Origin: Mobula hypostoma
Taxonomy: Eukaryota
DNA length: 64,000 nucleotides
Reading direction: 5' to 3'
NCBI RefSeq assembly: GCF_963921235.1
Contig: NC_086100.1
Location: 202,990,001 to 203,054,000 of the forward strand
The translations under genes were made by a program, and so were the position numbers. The notes beneath the pieces were generated by a model. The model made no database searches, was not told where the DNA came from, and saw nothing but the letters and a program-made list of their open reading frames with translations. Every line of letters starts with the position of its first letter. The stretch's first letter is position 1. Positions 27,475-40,652 of the stretch are shown here, one piece after another.

Positions 27475-30400
27475 CAAGACCATAAGACATGGGAGCAGAA
27501 TTTGGCACTTCAGTCCCCTGAGTCTGCTCCGCCTTTCCATCAAGGCTGATCCCGGATCCCACTCAACCCCATACACCTGACTTCTCGCCATATCCCTTGA
27601 TGCCCTGACCGATCAGGAAACGATCAACTTCCGCCTTAAGTATATGCACGGACTTGGCCTCCACTGCAGTCTGTGGCAGAGCATTCCACAGATTCACCAC
27701 TCTCTGGCTAAAAAATTCCACCTTACCTCTGTTCTAAAAGGTCACCCCTCAATTTTGAGGCTGTGCCCTCAATTCTGGATACCCCCATCACAGGAAACAT
27801 CTTTTCCACATCCACCCTATCTAGTCCTGTCAACATCCGGTAGATTTCAATGAGATTCCCTCACTCTCTTTTAACATTCATTGAGTTCAGGCCCAAAGTT
27901 GCCAAACGCTCCTCATACGTTAACCCCTTCATTCCTGGAATCATCCTTGTGAACCTCCTTTGGACTCTCTCCAATGATGAAAGATCCTTTCTGAGATATG
28001 GGGGGGCATGAGAGAGACATGACAAGTGTCATATAAAAGCTCAGCATTATCTCCTTGCTTTTGTTTTCTATTCCACTTGAAATAACTGCCAACATTGCAT
28101 TTGCCTTCTTTACCACAGACTCAACCTGTAAATTAACCTCTGGGAGTTTTGCATGAGGACTCCTGACTCCTTCTGTATCTCTGATGTTTAAAGCATTTCT
28201 TGTATTAGCCACTGGCACCCTGTGGAAAAGATGCTGGCTGCCCATTCTACCCATGCCTCTGTAAAAGCAAAGGAAAGGGCATACAACAAAGCAAAAATTA
28301 GTGGGAAGACAGAGAATTGGGCGAAGTTTTGAAAAAGTCTAGCATGCTGCCAGAGGACTTGAAAATTGCAAATGTCACTTCATAGGAGCACAGAAACATA
28401 GAAAACCTACAGCACAATACAGGCCCTTCAGCCCACAAAGCTGTGCCGAACATATCCCTACCTTAGAAATTACCTAGGGTTACCCATAGCCCTCTATTTT
28501 TCTAAGACCCATGTACCTATCCAGGAGTCTCTTAAAAGACCCTATCGTATCCTCCTCCACCACCGTCGTCAGCACTCACCACTCTGCGTAAAAAAACTTA
28601 CCCTGTACTCTTAAACTTAAACTTCACTCTTTAAGAAAGGAGGAAGGCAGCAGAAAGGAAATTATAGACCAGTTAGCCCGACCTCAGTGGTTGGGAGGAT
28701 GTTAGAGTCAATTGTTAAGGATGAGGTGATGGAGTACTTGGTGGCACAGAACAAGATAGTACAAAGTCAGCATGGTTTCCTTCAGGGACATTACAAGTAG
28801 GATAGATAAAGGGGATGCAGTGGGTGTTGATATTTGGACTTTCAGAAGGCCTTTGACAAGGTGCCACACATGAGGCTGCTTACCTAGTTTAAGAGCCCAT
28901 AGTATTACAGGAAAGTCATTGGCATGGGTAGAGCATTGGCTGATTGGTAGGAGGCAGCGAGTGGGAATAGAAGGATCCTTTTCTGGTTGGCTGCCAGTGA
29001 CTAGTGGAGTTTCACAGGGGTCAGTATTGGGATCACTTCTTTTTATGCTGTAAATTAATGAATTAGATGATGGAATAGATGGCTTTGTTACCAAGTTTGC
29101 AGATGATACAAAGATTGGTGGAGGGGCAGGTAATGTTGAGGAAACAGGTAGGATGCAGAAGGACTTAGACAGATTAGGAGAATGGGCAAGAAAGTGGCAA
29201 GTGAAATACAATGTTGGAAAATGCGTGGTCATGCACTTTGGTAGTAGAAATAAATGTATGGATTATTTTCTAAATAGGAAGAAAATCCAAAAATCTGAGA
29301 TGCAGAGGGACTTGGGAGTCCTTGTGTAGAACACCCTGAAGGTTACCTTGCAAGTTGAGTTGGTGAAGAAGAAGGCCAATGCAATGTTAGCATTAATTTC
29401 AAGAGGTCTAGAATACAAGAACAAGGATGTGATGCTGAAGCTTTATAAGGCACTGGTGAGGCCTCACCTTGAGTATTATGAACAGTTTTGGGTTCTCCAT
29501 CTAAGAAAAGACGTGCTGGCATTGGAGAGGGTTCAGAGGAGGTTCACAAGGATGATTCCAGGGATGAAAGGGTTATCATACGAGGAATGTTTGATGGCTC
29601 TGGGTCTGTACTCGCTGGAATTCAGAAGGATGAGGGGGGATCTTGTTGAAACCTTTTGAATTTTGAAAGGCCTAGACAGAATAGATATGGAAAGGATATT
29701 TTCTATGGTGGGAGAGTCTAGGACAAGAGGGCACAGCCTCAGGATAGAGGGGCACCCTTTCAAAACAGAGATGCGGAGAAATTTCTTTAACCAAAGCATG
29801 GTGAATTTGTGGAATTTGTTGCCACATGCAGCTGTCGTTTGGTATATTTAAGGCAGAGATTGATAGGTTCTTGATTGGACGTGGCATCGAAGGTTACGGG
29901 GAGAAGGCCAGGAAATGAGGTTGTGGAGGAGAAGAAAAAGGGATCAGCCATGATTGAATGGCGGAGCAGACTCGATGGACCAGATGACCTTATTCTGCTC
30001 CTATGCCTTATGGTCCTATCATCTCATTTGCCTGTCGTCCTCTTTCACTCCTACTTGATCAATCTTTCCTCATAGGACATACTCTTTCATCCAGGTAGCA
30101 TCTTGGTAAATCTCTGCACTCTCTCTAAGGCTTCCACATCCTTCCTATTATGAAGCAACCAGTACTGAGCTGTCTGAGTGTGTTCTGACCAGCAATTTAT
30201 AGAGCTACGGCATTACCTTGTGGCTCTGAACTCAGTCCTCTGACTAATGGAGGCCAGCATACCATATGCCTTTTAACCACCCTATGAACTTGCATGGTAA
30301 CTTTGTGGGATCTATCGTCTGGTAATTCTTGTTTCAACCTGATGAAGCAGCAGTAGCAAGGATATTGATCCCCCTCCAGTTCAGATGCAAACTGTCTCAT

Positions 30401-30770
30401 CTGTACGGGTCCCACCTTCCCTGGAAGAGAGCCCAATGATCAACATCTCTGATGTCCTGCCTCATGCACCATCTCCTTGCTCGCGTTTCAAACTGTTTTA
30501 TCTTCCAAATCCTAACCTCACTAGTACGTGGCATGAGAATACAACCCTGAATGTCCTGTCCTTTAAATTTGCACCTAATTTCCTGAACTTACTTTACAGG
30601 GCCTTGTCACCCGTCCTGCCCATGTCATTGGTACTGATGGAAACCACGACCTTTGACTGCTCGCCCACCCCCTTAAGAGTTCTATGGATTCAGTCTGAGA
30701 TGTCTCTAATCCTGACACCTGCAGGCAACATACCATCCATAACAACCTTGATCCACATCACATGCTAGCC
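27475..30770. mobile_element. Cluster of CR1 fragments in both orientations, including + strand RT/3' part ~28620-30016
   Basis: ORF 29348..29659 (LVRPHLEYYEQFW). RT motif KFADDTK near 29093. Tails at ~27475, ~28390 and ~30010. Confidence 0.75.
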
Positions 30771-30891
30771 TCTTCTCTACCCCTTCTCTCTTCCCTTCTA
30801 TCTTGATGTAGAATTCGGACTCAGAACATTAATTGTCTATTTCCCTCAATAGATACTACCCGATTCACTGATTTTCTTTAGCTTTTGGCAT

Positions 30892-31278
30892 TTGGTTCAT
30901 TGTTCATTCATTATGTCACACAATGTAGGCGATAATGGTCTTTCCATGACCATGATTGTTCTTGGCAAATTGTTCTACAGAAGTGGTTTACCACTGAGTT
31001 CTTCTGGGCAGTGTCTTTACAAGATGGATGATCTCAGACATTATCAATACTCTTCGGAGATTGTTTGCCTGGCGTAACCAGGATTTGTGATTTGCACCAA
31101 CTGCTGATATGACCATTCACCACCTGCTCCCATGGCTTTACGTGACCCTGATCAAGGTGGGGTGAGGGGGGGGGGCTAAATCAGTGCTACACTTTGCCCA
31201 AGGGTGACTTGCAGGCTAGCAGAGGGAAGTAGTGCCCTACACTTCCTTTGGTAGAGATATATATCCACTTTGCCACTC
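30892..31278 (-). mobile_element. Probable SINE / short non-autonomous element with an RTE-like segment
   Basis: ~390-bp non-CR1 block with a simple (ATGA)-like tail at the left end and a segment (ctacagaagtggtttacca) reminiscent of RTE/BovB-associated SINEs. Recognised by eye only. Confidence 0.45.
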
Positions 31279-31367
31279 AATGATTCATTGTATAACATTG
31301 ATTTATTTATTCATTTTTCTTTAAAGTTTGAAACTAGTTGATGTGTCCTGCTTTAATTTGTCCATAG

Positions 31368-31609
31368 GTAATGCCAAAGCAGTTAATTACAAAACAGCCA
31401 AACATCAGAAGAGCAGTCCCTCACGATCAAATGAAGTTATCAGCCCTGAGGTGCTGAAGATGCGAGCAGCACTATTTTGTATTTTCACGTACCTGGACAC
31501 CAAGACGTTATTGCAAACAGCTGAAGTCTGTCGGGACTGGAAATATGTGGCTAGACATCCAGCAGTTTGGACCAGAGTTCTGTTGGAGAATGCCAGAGTG
31601 TCTTCTAAG
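31368..31609 (+). CDS. FBXO41: FBXO41 exon encoding the F-box domain
   Basis: Acceptor ccatag|31368, donor aag|gtatta. Encodes SPSRSNEVISPEVLKMRAALFCIFTYLDTKTLLQTAEVCRDWKYVARHPAVWTRVLLENARVSSK. Phase 1 in, phase 0 out. Confidence 0.95.
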
Positions 31610-32112
31610 GTATTAAGTGTACAAATTTATATCCTGCTTCTATGCTATCAGATAGTTAGCGTTATAATTTGTTGTTTTCTGGCAGCAGTGTTGTGCAAGC
31701 CACAAAAACTGCTGTCAATTACAATCGATAATGCAAACGAGAAATAGTGAGGTAGTGTTCATGGATTCATAAACTGTTCAAAAATCTGATGTTGGAGGGG
31801 AAGTTGTTCTTAAAACATTGAGTGTGGATTTTAAGGCTCCTGTACCTCCACTCTGATTGTAGTAATGAGATAAGGGCATGTCTCAGATGGAGAAGGTCCT
31901 TAATGGTGCACAATTGTAAAATGTAACAGTTCTGTCATGAACCAAGAATATATTACTATATTTCGGTAGGACCAATGAGTTGGTTCTGGTGGGGGTGTGT
32001 CTTTCATAACCTCACAATTGCCCTGATGAGGGTCCTTGCCCGAAATAATTGACTTTTTATTCTTCTCCATGTTGCTGTCTGACCTGCTGATCCTCCAGCA
32101 TTTTGTGTGTAT

Positions 32113-35100
32113 TATAAGACCATAATACATAGGAACAGAGTTAGTCCATATGGACCATCGAGTCTGCTCCGCCATTCAATCATGGCTGATCCTTTTTATT
32201 CTCCTCCTCAACCCCATTTTGCGGCTTTCTCCCTGTAACCTTTGATACCATGTCCAATCAAGAACCTATCAATCTCTGCCTTAAATACACCCAACGACCT
32301 GGCCTCCACAGCTGCATGTGGCAACAAATTCCATAAATTCACCAGCCTCTGGCTAAAGAAATTTCTCCGCATCTCTGTTTTGAAAGGACGCCCCTCTATC
32401 CTGAGGCTGTGCCCTCTTGTCCTGGACTCTCTCACCATGGGAAACATCCTTTCCACATCTACTCTGTATAGGCTTTTCAACATTCAAAAGGTTTCAATGA
32501 GATCCCCCAACCCCCACTATCCTTCTGAATTCCAGCAAGTACAGACCCAGAGCCGTGAAACATTCCTCGTATGATAACCCTTTCATTCCTGGAATCATCC
32601 TTGTGAACCTCCTCTGGACCCTCTCCAATGCCAGCACATCCTTACCAAGCAGAGGAGCCCAAAACTGTACAAAATACTCAAGGTGAGGTCTCACTAGTGC
32701 CTTATAAAGCCTCAGCATCACATCCCAGCTGTTGAAATGAATGCTAACATGGCTTTTGCCTTCCTCACCACCGACTCAACCTGCAAATTGACCTTTAGGG
32801 TGTTCTGCACAAGGACTCCCAAGTCCCTTTGCATCTCAGAATTTTAGATTTTCTCCCTATTTAGAAAATAGTCTGCACATTTATTTATACTACCAAATTG
32901 CAAAACCGTGCATTTTCCAACATTATATTCCATCTGCTACTTTCTTGCCCATTCTCCTAATCTGTCGAAGTCCTGCATCCTACCTGTTTCCTCAACATTA
33001 CTTGCCCCTCCACCCAATCTTCGTATCATCTGCAAACTTGGCAACAAAGCCATCCATTCCATCATCTAAATTATTTACATACAGCATAAAAGGAAGTGGT
33101 CCCAACACTGACCCCTACAGAACACCACTGGTCACTGGCAGCCAAACAGATGAGGATTCTTTTATTCCCACTCGCTGCCTCCTTCCAATCAGCCAATGCT
33201 CTAACCATGTCAGTAACTTTCCTGTGTACCATGGGCTCTTAAATTGCTAAGCAGCCTCATGTGTGATACCTTGTCAAAGGCCTTCTGAAAATCCAAATGT
33301 ACAATATCCACTGCATCCCCTTTATCTATCCTACAGGCATTCTCCTCAAAGAATTCCAATAGGTTTGTCAGGCAGGATTTTTCCTTACGGAAACCATGCT
33401 GACTTTGTCCTACCTTGTCTGTGTCACCAAGTATTCCAGCACCTCGTTCTTAACAATTGACTCCAACATCTTCCCAATCACTGAGGTCAGGCTAACTGGT
33501 TAATAATTTCCTTTCTGCTGCCTTAAACAGTGAAGTGATATTTGCAATTTTCCAGTCCTCTGGCACCATGCCAAGAATCCAATGATTTTTGAAGGATCAT
33601 TTCTAATGCCGCCACAATCTCTAATGCTACCTCTTTCAGAACCCTAGGGTGCAGTTCCCCTGGTCTGGATGACTTTTGTACTTTTAGGTCTTCCAGATTT
33701 ATGAGTACCTTCTCCCTTGTAATAGTAACTGCACTCATTACAATATCCGGCACACTGCTGGTGTCTTCCACAGTGAAGACTGATGCAAAAAACACATTTA
33801 GTTCTCACAAATGAGTTCATTTTTAGATTACTGAAGTTAATTTATTTAGAAACATAGAAAACCTACAGCACAATACAGGCCCTTTAGCCCACAAAGCTGT
33901 GCCAAACATGTCCTTACCTTAGAAATTACCTAGGGTAACCCATAGCCCTCTATTTTCCTAAGCTCCGTGTACCTATACCTATCCAGGAGTCTCTTAAAAG
34001 ACCCGATCGTATCAGCCTCCACCACCACTGCCGCTAGCCCATTCCACACACTCACCACTTTCTGAGTAAAAAACTTACCCCTGACATCTCCTCTGTACCT
34101 ACTCCCCAGCGCCTTAAACCTGTGTCTTCTTGTGCTAGCCATTTCAGCCCTGGGAAAAAGCCTCTGACTATCCACACGATCAATGGCTCTCATCATCTTG
34201 TACACCTCTATCAGATCACCTCTCATCCTCCGCCGCTCCAAGGAGAAAAGGCCGAGTTCACTTAACCTATTCTCATAAGGCATGCTCCCCAATCCAGGCA
34301 ACATCCTTGTAAATCTCCTCTGCACCCTTTCTATGGTTTCCACATCCTTCCTGTAGTGAGGCGACTAGAACTGAGCACAGTACTCCAAGTGGGGTCTGAT
34401 CAGGGTACTATATAGCTGCAACATTACCTCTCGGTTCTTAAACTCAATCCCACGATTGATGAAGGCCAATACACTGTATGCCTTCTTAACCACAGAGTCA
34501 ACCTACGCATCAGCTTTGAGCGTCCTATGGACTCAGACCCCAAGAACCCTCTGATCCTCCACACTGCCAAGAGTCTTACCAATAATACTATATTCTGCCA
34601 TCATATTTGACCTACCAAAATGAACCACCTCACACTTATCTGGATTGAACTCCATCTGCCACTTCTCAGCCCAGTTTTGCATCCTATTAATGTCCCGCTG
34701 TAACCTATGACAGCCCTCCACACTATCCACAACACCCCCAACCTTTTGTGTCATCAGCAAACTTACTAACCCCTCCCTCCACTTCCTCATCCAGGTCATT
34801 TATAAAAATCACGAAGAGTAGGCGTCCCAGAACAGATCCCTGAGGCACACCAATGGTCACTGATTAGTTCAGTTTTCGATGACTGTAGTTAATTTTAGAA
34901 CATTGAACGTAGACCAGTACAACACAGCAACAGGCTCGTCAGCCCACATTATTGTGTGAACTAAATTAGTTATCAAAATGTCCAACCAAAATAAACCCTT
35001 CTATCTACACAATGTCCATGTCCTTCTATTTTCTGCACATTTATGTGGCTATCTAAAAGCCTCTTGAACACCCTTCCGTATTTGCCTCCACCACCATCCC

Positions 35101-35610
35101 CAGCACTGCATTCCACGCACCCACCATTTTAAAAAGAAAACTCCCCACACATCTCTACTGAGCCTGATCCCTGTCATTTTAAATGCATGCACTCTGGATT
35201 TAGAGATTTAACTCTGAGAAAAAGATGCTGGTTGTATTCAAGCTATGCTTCCTATCATCTGGTCTTCAAACCTCAAGTTTGTTCAACCTCTTACAGCACA
35301 CACACTCCAATCCAGACAGCATTCTCCTTCTGCACCTTCCCTTGACATCCTTCCGATAATGGGGTGACCAGAACTGAATGCAGTTCCCCTGATGTGGCCC
35401 AACTAGAGTTTTATAAAGCTGCAACGTAACTTCCTGACTTCCAAACTCATTTCCTCAATGGGTAAAAGAGAAGCATGCTTTCTTTACCACCCTATCAACC
35501 TGTGTAGCCACTTTTACCGTGTACCCATGGACTTGGACTCCAAGGTCCATTTGTAAATCTGCACTCGTCAAGCCTCCTGTTACTAACAGTGTAATGTCAC
35601 TTTGCATTTC
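32113..35610 (-). mobile_element. Consecutive minus-strand CR1 copies (~32113-33805, ~33848-34862, ~34900-35610)
   Basis: ORF2 pieces 32208..32721, 33523..33795, 33930..34799. Tails ataagaccata and tagaaacatagaaaa. Confidence 0.8.
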
Positions 35611-38600
35611 AGGATGATGTTGGATACCAAGAGAGGGAATTTTTAGAATGCCTACAAGATAGCTATTTAAATCAGTTTATGGTTGAGCCCACTAGGGGAA
35701 TGGCAATTCTGGATTGTGTGTTGTTTAATGAACCAAATGTGTTAAGGGAGTTTAAGGTAAAGGAACCTTTAGGAGTCAATGATCTTAATGTGATAGAATT
35801 AAACCTGCATTTGAGAGGAAGAAGATAAAGTCAGATTATTACAATTATTACATCAGTACTACAATGGAGTACAGGGAATTACAGAGGCATGAGAGAGGAG
35901 CTGGCAAAATTCGATTGTAAGGGGACACTAGCAGGGATGAGGGCAGAACAGCAATGGCTGGAGTTTTTGGGGGCAGTTCAGAAGGCTCAGAATAGATACA
36001 TCCCAAAGATGAAGAAGCATTTTAAGTGGATGATGAGGCATCTGTGGCTGACAAGGGAAGTCAAAGTCAGCATAAAAAGAAAAAGAGGACATATAATATA
36101 CAAAAATTGGTGGAAAATTAGAGGGTTGAGAAGTTTTTAAAAATGAATAGGCAACTAAAAAGCCATAAAAAGAGAAAAAATGAAATAGTCAATAATATAA
36201 AAGAGAATACCAAAAGTTTTTCCAGATATATAGAGAGTAAAAGAGAGGTGAGAGAGGTTATTGGAGTGCTGGAAAAATAATGTCAGAGAGGTAGTAGCAT
36301 GGGACAAAGAAATGGTGATGAACTGAATAAGTATTTTGCATCCATCTTCAGTGTGGACGACAATAGCAGTATGCCGGAAATTCGAGAGTGTCGGGGACAG
36401 AAATGAGTGTAGTTGCTATTACTAAGGAGAAGGTGCTTGGGAAGCTAAAAGATCCGAAGGTAGATAAGTCACCTGGACCCACACTCCAGGATTCTGAAAT
36501 AGGTGACTGAAGAGATTGTGAAGGCATTAGTTAATGAACTTTGAAAACTCACTAGATTCTGGAATAGTTCCAGAAGACTGGAAAATTGCAATTATCACTC
36601 CACTATTCAAGAAGAGAGAGAAGCAGAAGAAAGGAAATTGTAGGCCAGTTAGTCTGACCTCAGTGGTTTGGAAGATGTTTGAGACTATTATTAAGGATGA
36701 GGTTTCGGGATACTTGGAGGCACATGCTGAGGTCAGCATGGTTTCCTCAAGGGAAAATCGTGCCTGACAAATCTGTTGCAATTCTTTGAGAAGTAACAGG
36801 TAGGAGATACAAAGCAGAGTTGGTGGATGTTGTTTACTTGGATTCTTAGATGGCCTTTGGCAAAGTGCCACACGTGAAGCTGCTTAATAAGTTGAGAACC
36901 CATGGTATTACAGGAAAGATACGAGCATGTATGGTAGATTGGCTGACTGGCATGAGGCAAAGAGTAGGAATAAAGGGGGCCTTTTCTGGTTGGCTGCTGG
37001 TAACTTTTGATGTTCTGCTGGGTCAATGTTGGGACTGCTTCTTTTCACGTTATATGTGAATGATTTGGATGACAGAATTGATGGCTTTTCAGATGATATG
37101 CAGCTGGATGAAGGACAGAGACTGCTGAAGCACGGAGTCTGCAGACAGTTTGGCAGAATGGACAATGAGTGACAGATGGAATATAGTATATGGAAGAAGT
37201 GGTCAAAGCAATATAAGTGTAGACTATTTTCTAAACAGGGAGAAAATTTACAAATCACAGGTGCAAAGGGACTTAGGAGTTCTTGTACAGGATTCCCTGA
37301 AGAGTAATTTACAGCAGTGGTCCCCAACCACTGGGCTGCAGACCGGTACCAGGCCGCAAAGCATGTGCCACCGGGCCGCGAGGAAACGATACGAGTCAAC
37401 TGCACCTCTCCTCATTCCCTGTCACGCCCACTGTTGAACTTGAATGCACACGAGTCCATCAGTCGGTCATTAACCTGCAACCACTCAATGAGTAAAAAAC
37501 AAATGTCGCTTGAGAGTCTCTTTGGAAGAGGTGGTAGGGGACATAAAAGGCCTAACGATGATGATACTCAGAGACAGCTGAGGGAGAGACTGCAAAAAAA
37601 AAAGAAAGCTTCCTTCAACAGAAAATATGGCTTTATTGTGACCGGTGACTCGCACGCTCCAAGCCCCCTGTGTGTGATACGTGGAGACAAGCTGTCTAAT
37701 GAGGCAATGAAGCCCTCAAATCTGCTTCGGCACCTTGAGTCCAAGCACCCTGCACTAAAGCCAAACCCGCTGAGTTTTTTGAGCGGAAAAAACGTGAGCA
37801 AGCGGGAGAGAAGCAAGTGCTGAGAGTCACCACCTCCACAAATGCTGCTGCTCTGGGAGCGTCGTACTTAGTGGCTGGCTGTATTGCTAAGGCTAAGAAG
37901 CCTTTCACTGTCGGTGAAGAATTGATTCTGCCTGCTGCCAAGGACATGTGCCGTGAACTGTTGGGAGAAGCTGCAGCTAACAAGATGGCACAGGTTTCTC
38001 TTTCAGCTACCACAGTTTGAAGGGGAATCGATGACATAGCAGAGGACATCGACGCACAGCTGTTGGAATGGTCTTAACAAGTCACCATGGTATATTATCC
38101 ATGTCGACGAGTCTACCGATGTCGACAACAAGGCAATGCTGCTGGTTTATGTGCGATATATATTTCAAGACGATGTGCAGGAGGATGTGTTGTGTGCACT
38201 GCCGCTGCCAACTAACACAACTGGGGCAAAACTATTCAAGTCTTTGAATGACTACATGTCAGGCAAACTGGACTGGTCATTCTGTGTTGGAATATGCACA
38301 GACGGGGCTGCAGCTATGACTGGACGACTGTCTGGTTTCACTACCCAAGTCAGAGGTTGCTCCTGGATGCCAGTCTACACACTGTGTCACACACAGGGAA
38401 ATGCTGGCTAGCCGAAAAATGTCACCTGATCTTAACAGCGTATTGAGTGACGTTGTTGAAGTTATCAATCACATCAGAGCAAAAGCCCTTAACTCACGTC
38501 TGTTTGAGCAGCTTTGCGAGGAAATGGATGCAGAGCACAAACGCCTTCTCTTACACACTGAAGTCAGGTGGCTATCAAGGGAAGAGCCCTGGCCAGGGTT

Positions 38601-40146
38601 TTTGAGTTAAGAGAGCAGCTACAGAGATTTCTTTCAGAAAAAAAGTCACCACTGGCAGCAGACTTCAGTGACGAGGAGTGGATAGCAAAACTCACTTATC
38701 TGTGTGACATCTTCAACCTGCTCAATGAACTCCATTTGTCACTTCAGGGGAGAATGACAACTGTCTTCAAGTTGGCAGATACAGCGTCTGCTTTCAAAGC
38801 CAAACTGGAACTGTGGGGACGGCAAGTGGACAGGGGCATATTTGACATGTTCCCAACATTAGCTGGGAATTTGGGAGAGACTGAGGCTGCACCGTCCTTC
38901 TCACAGCTGGTGCGCGATCACCTATCTTCACTGTCGACAGAATTCGAGCGTTACTTCCCAACCACAAATGACTCAAGACGTGCAAAGGAATGGGTCCGCG
39001 ACCCATTTGTGAATGTCCCCGGTGAATCATCCATGTCAGCGCGGGAAGAAGATCAACTCCTCGAGCTTGCAAATGGCGGCGGGCTGAGAAGTATGTTTGA
39101 CATAACATCTCTGCCGGCATTCTGGATCAAAGTCAAGGCTAAACATGCTGAGATAGCCACGAAAGCACTGAAAACGTTGCTTCCATTTCCAACGTCCTAT
39201 CTCTGCGAAGCGGAGTTTTCTGCAATGAATGCAATGAAAACTAAATTGCGGAATAGACTGGACATAAGGAACCCCCTTATGACTTATAATTGACTTATCA
39301 CTATATTCATGTGAGGAAAATATGTGCTCTGTGTTTAATATTAAATTCATTAGATAAACCCTTTTAGAAACAAAATTGAGTGTATTAGCCACAGATAAGT
39401 AACTTATAGTTGACTTATCACCTATATTCCGGTCATGATTAACAACCCCCTCCCCCAGTCGGCCGGTCCGCAAGAATATTGTCAATATTAAACTGGCCCA
39501 GAGTGCAGAAAAGGTTGGGGACCCCTGATTTACAGGGTGAGTTGGTGGTAAGGTAGGCCAATGCAACGTTAGCATTAATTTTGAGAGGAGTAGAATATAA
39601 GAGCAAAAATCTTACGCTGAGGCTTTGTAAGGCATCAGTCAGACCACACGGAGTACTGCGAGCAGTTTTGGGCCCCTTATCTAAGAAAGGATGTGTTAGC
39701 ATTGGAGGGGGTTCAGAGAAGTGAAGGGGTGAAAGGGTTAATGCAAAATGAACATTAGATGGCTTTTTGCCTGTACTCACTGGATTTCGAATATTGAAAG
39801 ATCAAGGTAGAGTGGATTTGGAGAGCTTGTTTCTGAGAGTGGAGGAATCTAGGACCAGATAGCGTTGCCTCAGAGTGGGGGGCATTTACAACAGAGATAA
39901 GGACATATTTTTTTAGCCAGAGGGTGGTGAATCTGTGGAATTCATTGCCACAGACAGCTGTGGAGGCCAAGGCATTGGGTATAGTGGAGGTTGATAGATT
40001 CTTGATTAGTTAGGGCATCAAAGGTTATGGGGAGGGGGCAGGAGAATGGCAGGAGAATATCCGGGTAACAAATCAGCCATGATAGAATGGTGCACAGACT
40101 TGGTGGGCTGATTGGCCTAATTCTGCTTCTATGTCTTATGGTCTTA
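35610..40146 (+). mobile_element. Degenerate CR1 ORF2 interrupted by a hAT transposon
   Basis: VPEDWKIAIITPLFKK. VQRDLGVLVQDSLKSNLQ resumes after the TSD at 39536. Tail tcttatggtcttat. Confidence 0.8.
37315..39527 (+). mobile_element. Near-full-length hAT (Buster/Charlie, ZBED5/SCAND3-like) transposon with frameshifted transposase, 2213 bp
   Basis: TIRs cagtggtccccaacc / ggttggggacccctg. Perfect 8-bp TSD atttacag (37307-37314, 39528-39535). BED-finger remnant, VDESTD, CTDGAAAM, HTEVRWLS, YLCEAEFS motifs. Confidence 0.95.
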
Positions 40147-40319
40147 TCTGCTTAGATGCTAGAAAGAAAGCTGTGCTGTGGACGTGAGCAAGAATTGAAT
40201 TTGAACTGAATGGATTTGAACTTAATATGGGGTAATGTTTGGGTAACTTTCACAGCTCTCTCCCTTGTGAAAACTGTTTGGATGTTAGTTACATTTACAA
40301 GATATTCTGTATGTTTCAG

Positions 40320-40435
40320 TTCATGGTGACCCTTTCCCAGTGGTGTACACAGACCCACTCTCTTACTCTTCAAAGCATCAAACCCCGTCCAAAAGGGAAG
40401 AAGGAGACCAAGGAGGAATATCTTAAAAGCACACA
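40320..40435 (+). CDS. FBXO41: FBXO41 internal coding exon
   Basis: Acceptor tttcag|40320, donor ca|gtgagc. Encodes FMVTLSQWCTQTHSLTLQSIKPRPKGKKETKEEYLKST. Phase 0 in, phase 2 out. Confidence 0.93.
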
Positions 40436-40652
40436 GTGAGCATTTTCTCCTATGTTAGCAAAAGTATTGCACAAATGTTCACTGCATTGTTTGTTACTTA
40501 ATATGTGTTCTGTATATCTACCAATGCTGCTAAAAAGATAACTTACTTAATTTTGGGAATTGCTCTGAAACCAGAGGAAATAAAATTGGCAGAGATATTT
40601 ATTTCTTAAGATGCATCAATCCATATTACATGAAATATATTAGCATAGATAG

